Virus record (IMG/VR): IMGVR_UViG_3300031555_001743
DNA from: a virus
Length of the DNA stretch: 47,977 nt
Direction: 5' to 3' (one strand)
The notes beneath the pieces are model-generated. The model had not been told where the DNA came from. It ran no database searches and saw only the letters and a list, made by a program, of their open reading frames with translations. The translations under genes and the position numbers were made by a program. This document shows positions 38,764 to 47,654 of the stretch, piece after piece; position 1 is the stretch's first letter, and each line of letters begins with the position of its first letter.

Positions 38764-39429
38764 TTAAGCCTTTGTGTCAGCAGTAGCAGAACCAGCTGCT
38801 ACTACAGCACCTGTGCTGTCTACAGATGCAACAGTTACCTTGTAAGTATCTGTTACTGTGTAATCGGTATCGTCTGTAAATGCAGACCATGTATTATCAA
38901 GTGGAAGACCGTATGTTACGGAAGGTGCTGTTGTAGCATTACCCACCTTGTAATAATAGCTTTCACCTGCTGTTGGTGTATAGCCTGATACTTCAAGATG
39001 TGTTTTTCCGCTTGCCGCACCCTCAGTTGATGTTACTGTGATCTCTGCAAGTGTTGCATCGTTTGTCCACTTAGGTCTTACAACCTCAGGAGATGTAGCA
39101 ATGAACTTGAATCCCTTTGCAATAAGTGCTGTCTTAGCATCGCTGTCAAGCTGTACAGGGAGTTTATCCTCATATACGATACCTTTAGTTACTACTGAGC
39201 CGGGCATATCGCCTGTTGTAACGTCTACATCTTCATAAAGAATTCCCTCTGCTGTTGAGTTATTTGCAGGGTAAATTGTACCCATAGGAACATACTTGCC
39301 GCCGCCTGCTGTTGTGCCGCCTGATGCAAGTATAGTGCGTGTCTCTCTTACGCAGTTTTCATCATCTTTTGCAAGGAAATAGCCGGGAGCATAAGCCTTG
39401 CCTGTTGTTGGTGTCTTAATAAACGACAT
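38764..39429 (-). CDS. head decoration protein with C-terminal Ig-like extension
   Basis: Start at ATG 39429 (MSFIKTP) behind a GGAGAG SD. GILYEDVDVTTGDMPGSVV resembles gpD-like decoration proteins. Confidence 0.55.
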   Translation of the reverse strand: MSFIKTPTTGKAYAPGYFLAKDDENCVRETRTILASGGTTAGGGKYVPMGTIYPANNSTAEGILYEDVDVTTGDMPGSVVTKGIVYEDKLPVQLDSDAKTALIAKGFKFIATSPEVVRPKWTNDATLAEITVTSTEGAASGKTHLEVSGYTPTAGESYYYKVGNATTAPSVTYGLPLDNTWSAFTDDTDYTVTDTYKVTVASVDSTGAVVAAGSATADTKA

Positions 39430-39430
39430 A

Positions 39431-40045
39431 TTAACTCTCCTTTCCTGATGAGTTATTGTTGTTTGCATCCGCAGAATTTACAGCGTTATCGCCATACATA
39501 GACTTCATAGTCTTTTCCCATATCTGCGCTGCTCTTGATGTTGTTTTCTTTTCGCCGCCTGTTGCTGTCTGATTCGGGACGTTTGGTGTGTGTGTAACCT
39601 TCGTTACATTTACCTTAAGCTCAGGGAACGCTTCATCAAGCCCCTTGAATACATCGTCAAAGTTCGTTGCTTTGCCTTCATCATCATACTTGATGCGTTC
39701 CATAGGATCATGTGCTTTGCTATCAAGATAATGTTTAATAGCATTATCACTGTATCCTCTTTTTTTCGCTTCGTCCTTAAAGCTTTTAAGCCTGTTTGCA
39801 GCAGTTTCTTTTGTTGCAATATCTGCTTTCAGCTTGTCATGTGCAGCCTTTTCGGATTCATACTTTCCTTTGTAATCGTCCTTTTCAGCGGCTGAGATTT
39901 TGGAATTTGCTTCATCAAGCTGTCTCTGTACATCGGACAGCTTTTCTGCATCTTCCTTGTACTTGTCTCTGTCCGCCTTGATTGCATCTGTGCTTTCAGT
40001 GTGCAGTTCAATGATAGAATCTATCTGCTCATCTGTTAAACCCAT
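39431..40045 (-). CDS. scaffolding protein
   Basis: 204 aa, highly charged coiled coil (K/E/D-rich), upstream of the decoration and capsid genes. Confidence 0.7.
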   Translation of the reverse strand: MGLTDEQIDSIIELHTESTDAIKADRDKYKEDAEKLSDVQRQLDEANSKISAAEKDDYKGKYESEKAAHDKLKADIATKETAANRLKSFKDEAKKRGYSDNAIKHYLDSKAHDPMERIKYDDEGKATNFDDVFKGLDEAFPELKVNVTKVTHTPNVPNQTATGGEKKTTSRAAQIWEKTMKSMYGDNAVNSADANNNNSSGKES

Positions 40046-40050
40046 TGCTT

Positions 40051-40608
40051 TCAGTGCTTTCCTTGTGAATGCGATAAGTCATCACTCCTTTTGTTATTTG
40101 AATATTTCCATATATAACCGCCTGCTGTATAACTCCATTCTTTCAGAACGTTATTAATCGCAGTACGACTAATGCCTGTGATAGCTGATGCGTAAGAAAT
40201 ACTTTTGTATTCAGCTATTAATTCACCATCTACTGAAAATTGCTGAACCGCCTTATTTTTGCTATATTCTATGTTGTATTGCCTATCGCACCATTCAAGA
40301 TTTGACACATTGTTGTTCAATGGGTTTTCATCTTTATGATTTACTTTGGGATAATTATTTGGATTATCCACAAAAGCTTCTGCGACAAGCCTATGAACAG
40401 AATAATGCTTAGACACTCCGTTTTTATTCAAAATAACAAATGCGTACTTTGAACCATCTCTACCACGTTTACCTTGTTTCAACGTTTTTTCTTTTGTTTG
40501 ATATTGCCCTTGTCCGTTTTTAACAATACGTGGAAGTGATATGATTTCGCCCTCATCGCTTATAAGGTACATTTCTTCGTACCCTTTAATTTCTTTCCAG
40601 TTTGCCAC
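40051..40608 (-). CDS. free-standing HNH homing endonuclease (NUMOD4 + HNH_3 + NUMOD1/IENR1-like HTH)
   Basis: WKEIKGYEEMYLISDEGEIIS (NUMOD4), HRLVAEAFVDNP...VNHKDENPLNNNVSNLEW (HNH), SAITGISRTAINNVLK (HTH). GTG start. Confidence 0.75.
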   Translation of the reverse strand: MANWKEIKGYEEMYLISDEGEIISLPRIVKNGQGQYQTKEKTLKQGKRGRDGSKYAFVILNKNGVSKHYSVHRLVAEAFVDNPNNYPKVNHKDENPLNNNVSNLEWCDRQYNIEYSKNKAVQQFSVDGELIAEYKSISYASAITGISRTAINNVLKEWSYTAGGYIWKYSNNKRSDDLSHSQGKH

Positions 40609-40700
40609 TGTTTTTTCTTATACCTCCGTTACTTTGTCGGCTGTTCCTCGCCGTTCGGTATTTATATTCAGCGGATTTACTTTACCGCTTATATGCAAAA

Positions 40701-40729
40701 AGAGGTCAACGATGGGATCGTCAACCTCT
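40701..40729 (-). terminator. rho-independent terminator upstream of the HNH gene
   Basis: AGAGGT...ACCTCT outer stem with ACGAT-GGG-ATCGT inner stem. The minus-strand reading is followed by TTTTTG. Confidence 0.5.
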
Positions 40730-40819
40730 TTGACCTTCTGACTAAACGCTTATAGTCAGGTGATAATATGGATGCTCGTTATCGGTAATTACCCGATTCT
40801 GAGCGTATATAACAAAAAA

Positions 40820-40848
40820 GAGCGCAGTTGATATAATCAACCACGCTC
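40820..40848 (-). terminator. rho-independent terminator after the 50-aa ORF
   Basis: GAGCG-ca-GTTGAT-ATA-ATCAAC-ca-CGCTC. The minus-strand reading is followed by TTTTTTG. Confidence 0.55.
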
Positions 40849-40869
40849 GGCATTCCAGTAATACTTTCA

Positions 40870-41022
40870 TTACTGCTTGTTCTTCGGTTTTTTCAGTTCT
40901 TCTCGCCTGATATCCATGATCTTGATGTTATCCTTTAAGGGGATAAGTTCAATTCTGTGCCCTTTATCAAGAGCGGCATGGATTCTTTCAAGCTGTTCGG
41001 GAGTAATTCTGTATTTGTCCAT
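40870..41022 (-). CDS. hypothetical protein (50 aa)
   Basis: Hand translation: MDKYRITPEQLERIHAALDKGHRIELIPLKDNIKIMDIRREELKKPKNKQ. Confidence 0.4.
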   Translation of the reverse strand: MDKYRITPEQLERIHAALDKGHRIELIPLKDNIKIMDIRREELKKPKNKQ

Positions 41023-41066
41023 ATTATAACACCTGACTTTCGATTTGTCAATACTTTTCGTATAAT

Positions 41067-41471
41067 TTAACGCTTCATAATAGCTTCAATTATGCGCTTG
41101 TATTCTTCTGTGTGTTCGGATGCGGCTTTTTTCAGCATATGATGTGGCTTTTGTCCTCTTGTAACGTGATATTTACCGTTTCGGTCATAATAGCCCCATG
41201 GAGACTTTCTGCCTTTTCCGTCTGATGCATAGATACCCGTTCCTAACTCAACGAACCCTGCATACGGGATATTTGATCCGATGTAAACATCATCGCCCCT
41301 GACAGCGTGTGTCATGCTGTTTCGGAGCGTTCCCAAGTCAACAGGGGTTGACCGCTTCGCAAAGCCCTCAGCCTGTATGCCGATTCCAGTCAATGCCGCT
41401 TTCTTCTTTTCTTCCAATGCTCTGAGTATCTCACCGCTGTTATCGGTTATCTGAATATCTATGTCGGGCAT
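41067..41471 (-). CDS. HK97 gp10-family protein
   Basis: AKRSTPVDLGTLRNSMTH ... GFVELGT matches my recollection of the gp10 family. Its position before the scaffold gene is unusual. Confidence 0.55.
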   Translation of the reverse strand: MPDIDIQITDNSGEILRALEEKKKAALTGIGIQAEGFAKRSTPVDLGTLRNSMTHAVRGDDVYIGSNIPYAGFVELGTGIYASDGKGRKSPWGYYDRNGKYHVTRGQKPHHMLKKAASEHTEEYKRIIEAIMKR

Positions 41472-41594
41472 TTAATCACCGTCCTTTTTATCCTCAGTCA
41501 TCTCCTTTAATGCCTGTGTTGCAATAAAGAAATTGTCTGCGGTTACTTCATCAAGGTCTTTTGCTTGCTCAGATTCTTTTTTCTTATCATCCAT
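41472..41594 (-). CDS. small acidic protein (40 aa)
   Basis: Hand translation: MDDKKKESEQAKDLDEVTADNFFIATQALKEMTEDKKDGD. GAAGGAAGTG SD; TAA abuts the next ATG. Confidence 0.35.
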   Translation of the reverse strand: MDDKKKESEQAKDLDEVTADNFFIATQALKEMTEDKKDGD

Positions 41595-41598
41595 ATTA

Positions 41599-43386
41599 TC
41601 ACTTCCTTCTCAGACTTTCAAAAATCTTGATAAGGTTCGGGTCTGCAAATTTCTCGCCCTTTTGCCACGATGCAAAGCTTTCAGCGATATACTCACCCTT
41701 TTGTGTTGTTGCATATCCTGAGATTTTAGGAGCATATGTCTGCATATCATTTTCGACTTTATCCCATAATTCATGTTTTTTGACTTGCTTTTCAAGAGCG
41801 TGACCGAATTCATGAGTTAAAGCTTCGGTTATATTGTCGGGGACTGTTCCTCGACCGCTTATCTTTGAATTCTCTATCACTGTTCTTGCCACCCTTGACA
41901 TTTTACTAAAGTCATATTTCTCAGGATGTTCAAGCATATCCTTCATCAGCTTGTTTTCTTCTGCAAAGCCCTTTTCGGCTATTTTAACCGACTTCAAAGC
42001 GGATTTGTTGAGAACAAAGCTATTTCTCATTGGCATATAGCCTGCAACAGCTTCATCAATAGCCTTGCCGAGTTTGGTATTCTTTGCAGGTGCTACAATA
42101 CCGCCGAATTTATCAACGTTGAATTCATTATAAAGCCGTGATATCGTTGCATTTATCTCATTTGCCGCATCAAGAGCAATGCCTTTATAGCTTACCTCAC
42201 GTAATGCTCCGAATTGGTCAAAGTCCATATACTGCATGATAAACTGCTCTGCTTCTTCAATCGTGCTTGCAGGCTTAAATTCTTCTCTCTGCGGTATCGG
42301 TTCATCCACCGCATCAGGTTTCTCGACCGTAGGAGCAGGCACTTCAACCTCGGCAGGCTTATCCTCTGCCTTTGGTTTCGGCTCGTTCTTCGGAGCAGGC
42401 GGTTCAGCATCATCCTGTTTCCGCTTTTCTTCTTTCCATTCCTCATAGGTCATATCACCGAGTTTATTATCTCTCTGTGATACGTCCGATAAGTTATAGT
42501 CAACTCCCTCGACTTCACCAACGAGAGTGCAGCGGCAGTTATACGTTAAATATGGTTCTGCGGCAGGGTCACCCGGGAAGAATATCTTTTCTCCCTCGAC
42601 CTCAAACGGCTCTCCGATTTTTCGTTTCTGTCCGTCAAGCTGTCTGTGTTCGTGTCTGGTTCGTGAATCGAGCGTTGCCATCCAGACTTGAAGCATCTTT
42701 ATTCCCATACCCTCAGCACGTTTATAACTGTCAATTCTGCCGCCGTTCTGTGCTGATGTTGTCATTGTTCGGGCGTTACGAATAGCCGATGTATGCGACA
42801 TATCCGTTACTGTTGCCGCAAGTCTCTGTGATATCTTATCTATGGATTCACCTTGCAAAATACCCTGTGTTATAGCTGAGTTGATGTGCTTCTTGTTCCA
42901 TAACTGGTCTTTCGGCACATTTACAGCCGCTTTTCGGGGGAGTAGATCGGGATTATCACGGATAAGCCGTTCAACTGTCTGCTTATCGTACATCGTGTAC
43001 TGTGTGTTTATCTTGCTACCTTTTTCGATCTCATAAGTGCCATAGTTATGATTCACAGCATATACTTCGGGGAGATAACCGTTTATCACAGATGCCGCTA
43101 TCTGGTTTGTGTGTGTCATATCAGCTGCAAGAGTATCAGCCATTTGATGATATCTGTTCCCCTGAAATACCTGTGTTCTTCTCCATCGCTCATATTCGGC
43201 TTTGTCAAGTTCGCCGTCTTTCACTTGCTGACGTTTCTTTTTATCCATCTCTCGGAAGGACTTCATAAAATCATCAGCGGTTTGTCTTGCTTCACGGTAT
43301 GCTTGTTTGTACACTTCATCAAGGCGTTTCTCCATATCACGGAGTATCTTGTCAGTTTCCTTGTGTGCAGGGTCTGGTTTCGGCAT
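41599..43386 (-). CDS. MuF/SPP1-gp7-like minor head protein fused to a C-terminal HEFGH zincin (lethal-factor-like) domain
   Basis: N-half carries FFPGDPAAEPYLTYNCRCTL (MuF). A P/E/K-rich linker follows. C-half carries THEFGHALEKQ ... GYATTQKGEYIAESFASW. Confidence 0.7.
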   Translation of the reverse strand: MPKPDPAHKETDKILRDMEKRLDEVYKQAYREARQTADDFMKSFREMDKKKRQQVKDGELDKAEYERWRRTQVFQGNRYHQMADTLAADMTHTNQIAASVINGYLPEVYAVNHNYGTYEIEKGSKINTQYTMYDKQTVERLIRDNPDLLPRKAAVNVPKDQLWNKKHINSAITQGILQGESIDKISQRLAATVTDMSHTSAIRNARTMTTSAQNGGRIDSYKRAEGMGIKMLQVWMATLDSRTRHEHRQLDGQKRKIGEPFEVEGEKIFFPGDPAAEPYLTYNCRCTLVGEVEGVDYNLSDVSQRDNKLGDMTYEEWKEEKRKQDDAEPPAPKNEPKPKAEDKPAEVEVPAPTVEKPDAVDEPIPQREEFKPASTIEEAEQFIMQYMDFDQFGALREVSYKGIALDAANEINATISRLYNEFNVDKFGGIVAPAKNTKLGKAIDEAVAGYMPMRNSFVLNKSALKSVKIAEKGFAEENKLMKDMLEHPEKYDFSKMSRVARTVIENSKISGRGTVPDNITEALTHEFGHALEKQVKKHELWDKVENDMQTYAPKISGYATTQKGEYIAESFASWQKGEKFADPNLIKIFESLRRK

Positions 43387-43439
43387 TGTATCACCGCCTT
43401 AAAAGCTTTTATTTGCCGTTCTATCTCTCAGGGGCATAA

Positions 43440-44834
43440 TTATACCTCTAAGCCATCAGAACCGCCATCAGCGTTATCCTGTGCGCTGCTGAACTGCATA
43501 ATCTGTTCAGCTGCTTTTTCTTTCATGATTTCTTCGATACGTTCTCCCGAGCCGTTAAGAATTGCAAGTCTCTTTGTGGTTTCGGTATCTCCGAGGTAAG
43601 GAGCTGACATTATGCTATTCTGAATAGCTTCTGTTGCGTTGATAGTCTCATAGTATTCTACCGTAAAGCGTTCACGTTCGGTAACTCCTGCGATTTTAAG
43701 GATTCCACGAAGGAACTTGAACACTCTGGATTCCATCATAGCAGAATAGTTCCTCTGCTTGCTGTATGCCGCCGCTATCGCTGTCGCTGTGAGGTTGCCT
43801 GCTTCTAAGGTTTCATGATTTACTCCGCAAAGATTATCAAAGATTATCTGCTTTATGCGGTTATATGCCGCATTGTTAGCTTCAAACGGTACTGTTATCT
43901 GATGCGGTTCAGCTGAACCATCATCATCAACATGAATAACGTGTGATTTTATCAGATTAACAATAAAATTAGCATCCGCAATATCATCCATGCCGCCGTA
44001 GTTCTTCAATACCCAGTACACCAATTCAGCCTGTGAAACGTTGTTGACAAGCTGTGAAGCCATGAGGTCAAGTGCAGCTAAGTCCTCACGAACACCGACA
44101 ATCATTGATTCGTTGTTGATGTTATAAAGCGGATAAATCGGGATCTCAGTTGATTCATCCGATGTGCTGTATACTCCCTCAACATCGTTCCATGTTGCCG
44201 AATAGCTGTAAGGTGTTTTCTCCTTGCTTATCTTCATAGCTTCGGATTCTTCTTGTATGTATTCGGTGTATCCATCTGGTTCAAAGAGAGACACACAAAG
44301 CGGTTTATCTGTATCTATCTGTGTAAAATAGATATAGTCTTTCGGTCTGCCTGTGTAATCGTCAAGAATCGGGATAGTGTTCAAGAATTTGAGATTCAAG
44401 ACCGTTTTTTCTCCGTCTGATTCTCCGTAATAGCCGTATGAAGCACCGCATATAAGAGCATCGGTATAGATTTCTTTGAGTGTATCATCGAAATCCTCAC
44501 CGAGTAGAGCCTTGTTATCTTCATTGTTGAATCCTATACCATTTGTAAGCAGATGGGCGCAGGATTCATTGAGGATATTCGGGAAATAGCAACATCTCAG
44601 CTTTGCGTTCGGGCTTATCAAGTCCTGATGTGCTATGCCTTTCATATCATAGATAACCTTTTCAACTGCTTCAATATCGGGATTCTCCTTGCGGTAATAC
44701 TTCATAGCTATATCAGCCGTTTTGTATGCATCCGACCGCTTAAAGTCGTTTATAGCCTGCTCAATAAAGGCTATACGCTTTGTATCATCATCACCGCATT
44801 TGAGTAAATCGTTGTGTGTAAGCATTTCAAACAC
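43440..44834 (-). CDS. portal protein (SPP1 gp6-like)
   Basis: 464 aa, between TerL and MuF. Confidence 0.8.
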   Translation of the reverse strand: MFEMLTHNDLLKCGDDDTKRIAFIEQAINDFKRSDAYKTADIAMKYYRKENPDIEAVEKVIYDMKGIAHQDLISPNAKLRCCYFPNILNESCAHLLTNGIGFNNEDNKALLGEDFDDTLKEIYTDALICGASYGYYGESDGEKTVLNLKFLNTIPILDDYTGRPKDYIYFTQIDTDKPLCVSLFEPDGYTEYIQEESEAMKISKEKTPYSYSATWNDVEGVYSTSDESTEIPIYPLYNINNESMIVGVREDLAALDLMASQLVNNVSQAELVYWVLKNYGGMDDIADANFIVNLIKSHVIHVDDDGSAEPHQITVPFEANNAAYNRIKQIIFDNLCGVNHETLEAGNLTATAIAAAYSKQRNYSAMMESRVFKFLRGILKIAGVTERERFTVEYYETINATEAIQNSIMSAPYLGDTETTKRLAILNGSGERIEEIMKEKAAEQIMQFSSAQDNADGGSDGLEV

Positions 44835-44859
44835 CCTCTTTCATAAAAATCCCATATTA

Positions 44860-46146
44860 TCACAAAATGGCTTGATACTGAACACCGCCATACAACTTGC
44901 GGATATAGCTTGCTAAACTATCCGGAGCATCATCATGCTCTGCAAATTCGTTATAGTCGCATATCTGCTGTATGTATTCTTTGTCAGTACCATCAACAAA
45001 TATAACGTTCGACCACTCCCATTTCAAGTATGTGACGATCTTCATATACTTGTTTTCACTTTCATGGTATGTGTTCGCTCGTTCTCCTTCGAGTTTCAGC
45101 ATCTTTGCAAGCATTCCCTTATCTGCGTTCTTTTCACAGTAAAAGCCACCTGCACAGAATTTTTGTCTAATCGCTATTATCTCAGTCTTAACATTGTCTA
45201 CCGCCTTATGCCATAATCTGCCGTAAACGTAGTATTTGCCGTTTATCTTTCGGCAGATAGTCAATGCTGTATAGTCCTTGTTGTCTTCATAAGCTGCATC
45301 AATGTGGACAAAACGAGCCTGATATACAAGTGTTTGCTCTCCGCCGATAACAGGATCTTTAAAGATTATATCCTCAGCTGCTATATGCTTCAACTCATAG
45401 TTGGCTGCAAAGAGTGAGGATAACATCCGCTCTTTAAGTTCTGCGAGTTCCTGTGATGTAATCAGCCCTGTTGTATAACAGTCGTACTTCTTCGGATTCG
45501 GCATCAGACAGAAACAATCCTCAACGTGCCACGGTGTACCAGTGTTGAAGATTCTGCCGCCCCTGTTCTTGATGTTCTGCAATTCCTGATAGACCGTCTT
45601 TGTGCGTTCTCTTTCAGCTTTTGACACTCTATCCTGAACATTTACGATATCATCAGTAAATATCCTATCAAAGTGTTTACCTGTCAGAGAACCTTTTGAA
45701 CCTTTACCGACTAACTGCGCCGTTCCTCTCGGGTCATTCGTCAGATTCGTAGTTAATTCAACTGCGCTTGATTTGATTATTTTCAGTTCAACACCGTATA
45801 TTGCAAATACAATCTGCTGTGTGACTGGATTTTCAAGTATCTTCTTGACCTGTGCAATGATCTCCTTAACATCATCATCAGACTTTCGCATAAACATTGT
45901 CTTATGATTCGGATAAAGAATAATGATAATTGCAAGGGCGATTGATACGGCTGTGGTCTTATAACTTCCACGATGTGCCTGTAACGTTTTATCATCCTTG
46001 CCGAATACCATTTCTTTTATCCATTTGTTATGCAGTTCAGTCAACAGTGTAAATCCTACGCTATGCCCGAATTTGAAAGGATAGTTACATAATACTTCAA
46101 TCGCTTTCGTTCTCGTCAGCTTCGTAGTCATTGATTGATTCGACAA
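44860..46146 (-). CDS. terL: terminase large subunit
   Basis: AHRGSYKTT (Walker A-like), RIFTDD (Walker B), NTGTPW, and nuclease Asp motifs VHIDAAY and DAPDSLA. The start may be a few codons downstream. Confidence 0.85.
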   Translation of the reverse strand: MSNQSMTTKLTRTKAIEVLCNYPFKFGHSVGFTLLTELHNKWIKEMVFGKDDKTLQAHRGSYKTTAVSIALAIIIILYPNHKTMFMRKSDDDVKEIIAQVKKILENPVTQQIVFAIYGVELKIIKSSAVELTTNLTNDPRGTAQLVGKGSKGSLTGKHFDRIFTDDIVNVQDRVSKAERERTKTVYQELQNIKNRGGRIFNTGTPWHVEDCFCLMPNPKKYDCYTTGLITSQELAELKERMLSSLFAANYELKHIAAEDIIFKDPVIGGEQTLVYQARFVHIDAAYEDNKDYTALTICRKINGKYYVYGRLWHKAVDNVKTEIIAIRQKFCAGGFYCEKNADKGMLAKMLKLEGERANTYHESENKYMKIVTYLKWEWSNVIFVDGTDKEYIQQICDYNEFAEHDDAPDSLASYIRKLYGGVQYQAIL

Positions 46147-46516
46147 GGCTGTTCACCTCGTTTCGTGTCTGATCGTCAATGTTGGCTGTTGTCACTTCCT
46201 GCTTGTCTGTCCACTTACACCAGTTCTTAAGAGCAAAGATGCTCATTGTAGGTTGATATTTGCCGAGCATTGAACCTTCTGCAATCACATCTGCTCTAAT
46301 AGCTTCAAAGTCCTTTTTGATATCGGGGAAAATCTTATTCAAACTGTTGTAAATTGTTTTTCTGTCTGCGCCTTCATAGTGAACAGTTAACCATTTGCAG
46401 AAAGATGTTTGAGAAGGAATTGTATAAAACTCAGCTTCAACAATTTCGTCACAAAACTCCTGCCATAATTCGATTAACTGTTTTGCACTCTTAAACTTTG
46501 TCGGTTTCGTTTTCAT
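46097..46516 (-). CDS. terS: terminase small subunit
   Basis: About 140 aa immediately upstream of terL. Start set at ATG 46516 (MKTKPTKF) behind a GGTGAAGGG SD. Confidence 0.65.
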   Translation of the reverse strand: MKTKPTKFKSAKQLIELWQEFCDEIVEAEFYTIPSQTSFCKWLTVHYEGADRKTIYNSLNKIFPDIKKDFEAIRADVIAEGSMLGKYQPTMSIFALKNWCKWTDKQEVTTANIDDQTRNEVNSLVESINDYEADENESD

Positions 46517-46520
46517 CCCT

Positions 46521-47150
46521 TCACCTACTCTCACTGTTGATTTTCCAATTTATTTTTTGCCCTTTTACTTGATTATCATGTGTTTTTAGTAATTGCAAAT
46601 TAGTATAATAACATAGTTTATTAACTTCGTCTATTGTTTCAGCAGTTGCCAAAGGTATTATATGATCGATTTGAACATTATCATTGTCAGTAAGCGTTTT
46701 ACCGTAGTTGTCCTGATATGTGTTTCTCAGGTAATTTATAAAACAATCTATATCACAACCAATTATTTTTTCAAGATTTCCTTTTTGGATAAACTTGTGC
46801 TGTTTAACGCTTGCTAAAATATTTGCTCTTATAACAAGTTTGTATCGATAGACTTCATCTTTCCTATATCGTTCTTTTATGTATTTGTTGTTATACGCAT
46901 TAATGCGCTCTTTTGTTTCTTTTCTGCTGTGATATTCTTTTATTTTTTCTTTATGAGTTTCTCGATATCTTATTTTGCCTGCTCGAATCTTTTCCTTGTT
47001 GTTTTCTCTGTATTCTTTGTTTCGTTGATTCATGCACTCTTTGCAATATACCATTAAGCCATCTTTTTTTCTTCTGTCTTTAGAATACATTTCTATACTT
47101 TTCCACGATTTACAGCTATTGCAATATTTTGCGTTTTTATTTATATCCAT
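46521..47150 (-). CDS. HNH endonuclease with N-terminal zinc finger
   Basis: CNSCKSW...YCKECMNQ; C-terminal DHIIPLATAE ... NLQLLKTHDNQVKG (H-N-H). Confidence 0.7.
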   Translation of the reverse strand: MDINKNAKYCNSCKSWKSIEMYSKDRRKKDGLMVYCKECMNQRNKEYRENNKEKIRAGKIRYRETHKEKIKEYHSRKETKERINAYNNKYIKERYRKDEVYRYKLVIRANILASVKQHKFIQKGNLEKIIGCDIDCFINYLRNTYQDNYGKTLTDNDNVQIDHIIPLATAETIDEVNKLCYYTNLQLLKTHDNQVKGQKINWKINSESR

Positions 47151-47597
47151 ATTATCACCGTCTAAAATGCATTCTAACCGCTTATATTTTTGATAGGGTA
47201 ATTATACCACCCTGTCACACAAAATGGCTTGTACGCCGTTCTATGTGCATATACAGCAAACCGCCACAACTAATGCTGTGACGGTTAACTGCTTCTCGCT
47301 CGGTTAGGAGGCAACACTAACCTATGCACGCTAAAATTATTGGATAAGAATGGAAATTAATCAAGGACGTTTTCCTTGTTGGTGCTTGATTCAAGTCATT
47401 ACCTCAAATCAAACATAGAAAAGGGGGATAAGGGGAGCGGAGACTTCACTCCCCATACCGAAAGGACGTGTAAAAAAGATTATGGGTTGTAGAACAAAAG
47501 AAAGGTACTCTTTAAATCATAAACCAATTATGAAAGAGACGTGCGGAAAGGCGAAAGGCATAGCCGCTAAACTTGCACATTCGCCATCCCTACGTTA
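47151..47597 (-). other. ~440-nt structured untranslated leader / possible ncRNA upstream of the packaging genes
   Basis: No ORF on either strand. Hairpins at 47302-47322, 47362-47378 (or 47359-47391) and 47432-47454. A second extended -10 (TGgTATAAT) lies at 47201-47209. Confidence 0.45.
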
Positions 47598-47626
47598 ATT
47601 ATAGCATCTTTCAACCGTTTTTTCAA
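47598..47626 (-). promoter_or_regulatory. near-consensus sigma-A promoter (TTGAAA-17-TGcTATAAT) facing the packaging operon
   Basis: Minus strand reads TTGAAA aaacggttgaaagatgc TATAAT. Located about 30 nt after the stop of the HTH gene. Confidence 0.6.
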
Positions 47627-47654
47627 CACATTCTTTCATACAGTTTGTATAAAT

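Larger units (their letters stand above)
40051..40848 (-). mobile_element. homing-endonuclease cassette inserted between head genes
   Basis: The HNH gene plus about 260 bp of hairpin-rich non-coding DNA interrupt an otherwise tightly packed morphogenesis operon. Confidence 0.4.

Noticed and set aside
47207-47235. Similarity to the terL 3' end (TCACA(C)AAAATGGCTTG, would encode GVQAIL): relic of a duplicated terminase or an intron-split gene
   Set aside because: The match is only about 17 nt with indels. An in-frame TAG lies immediately upstream and there is no further similarity, so it is probably chance.
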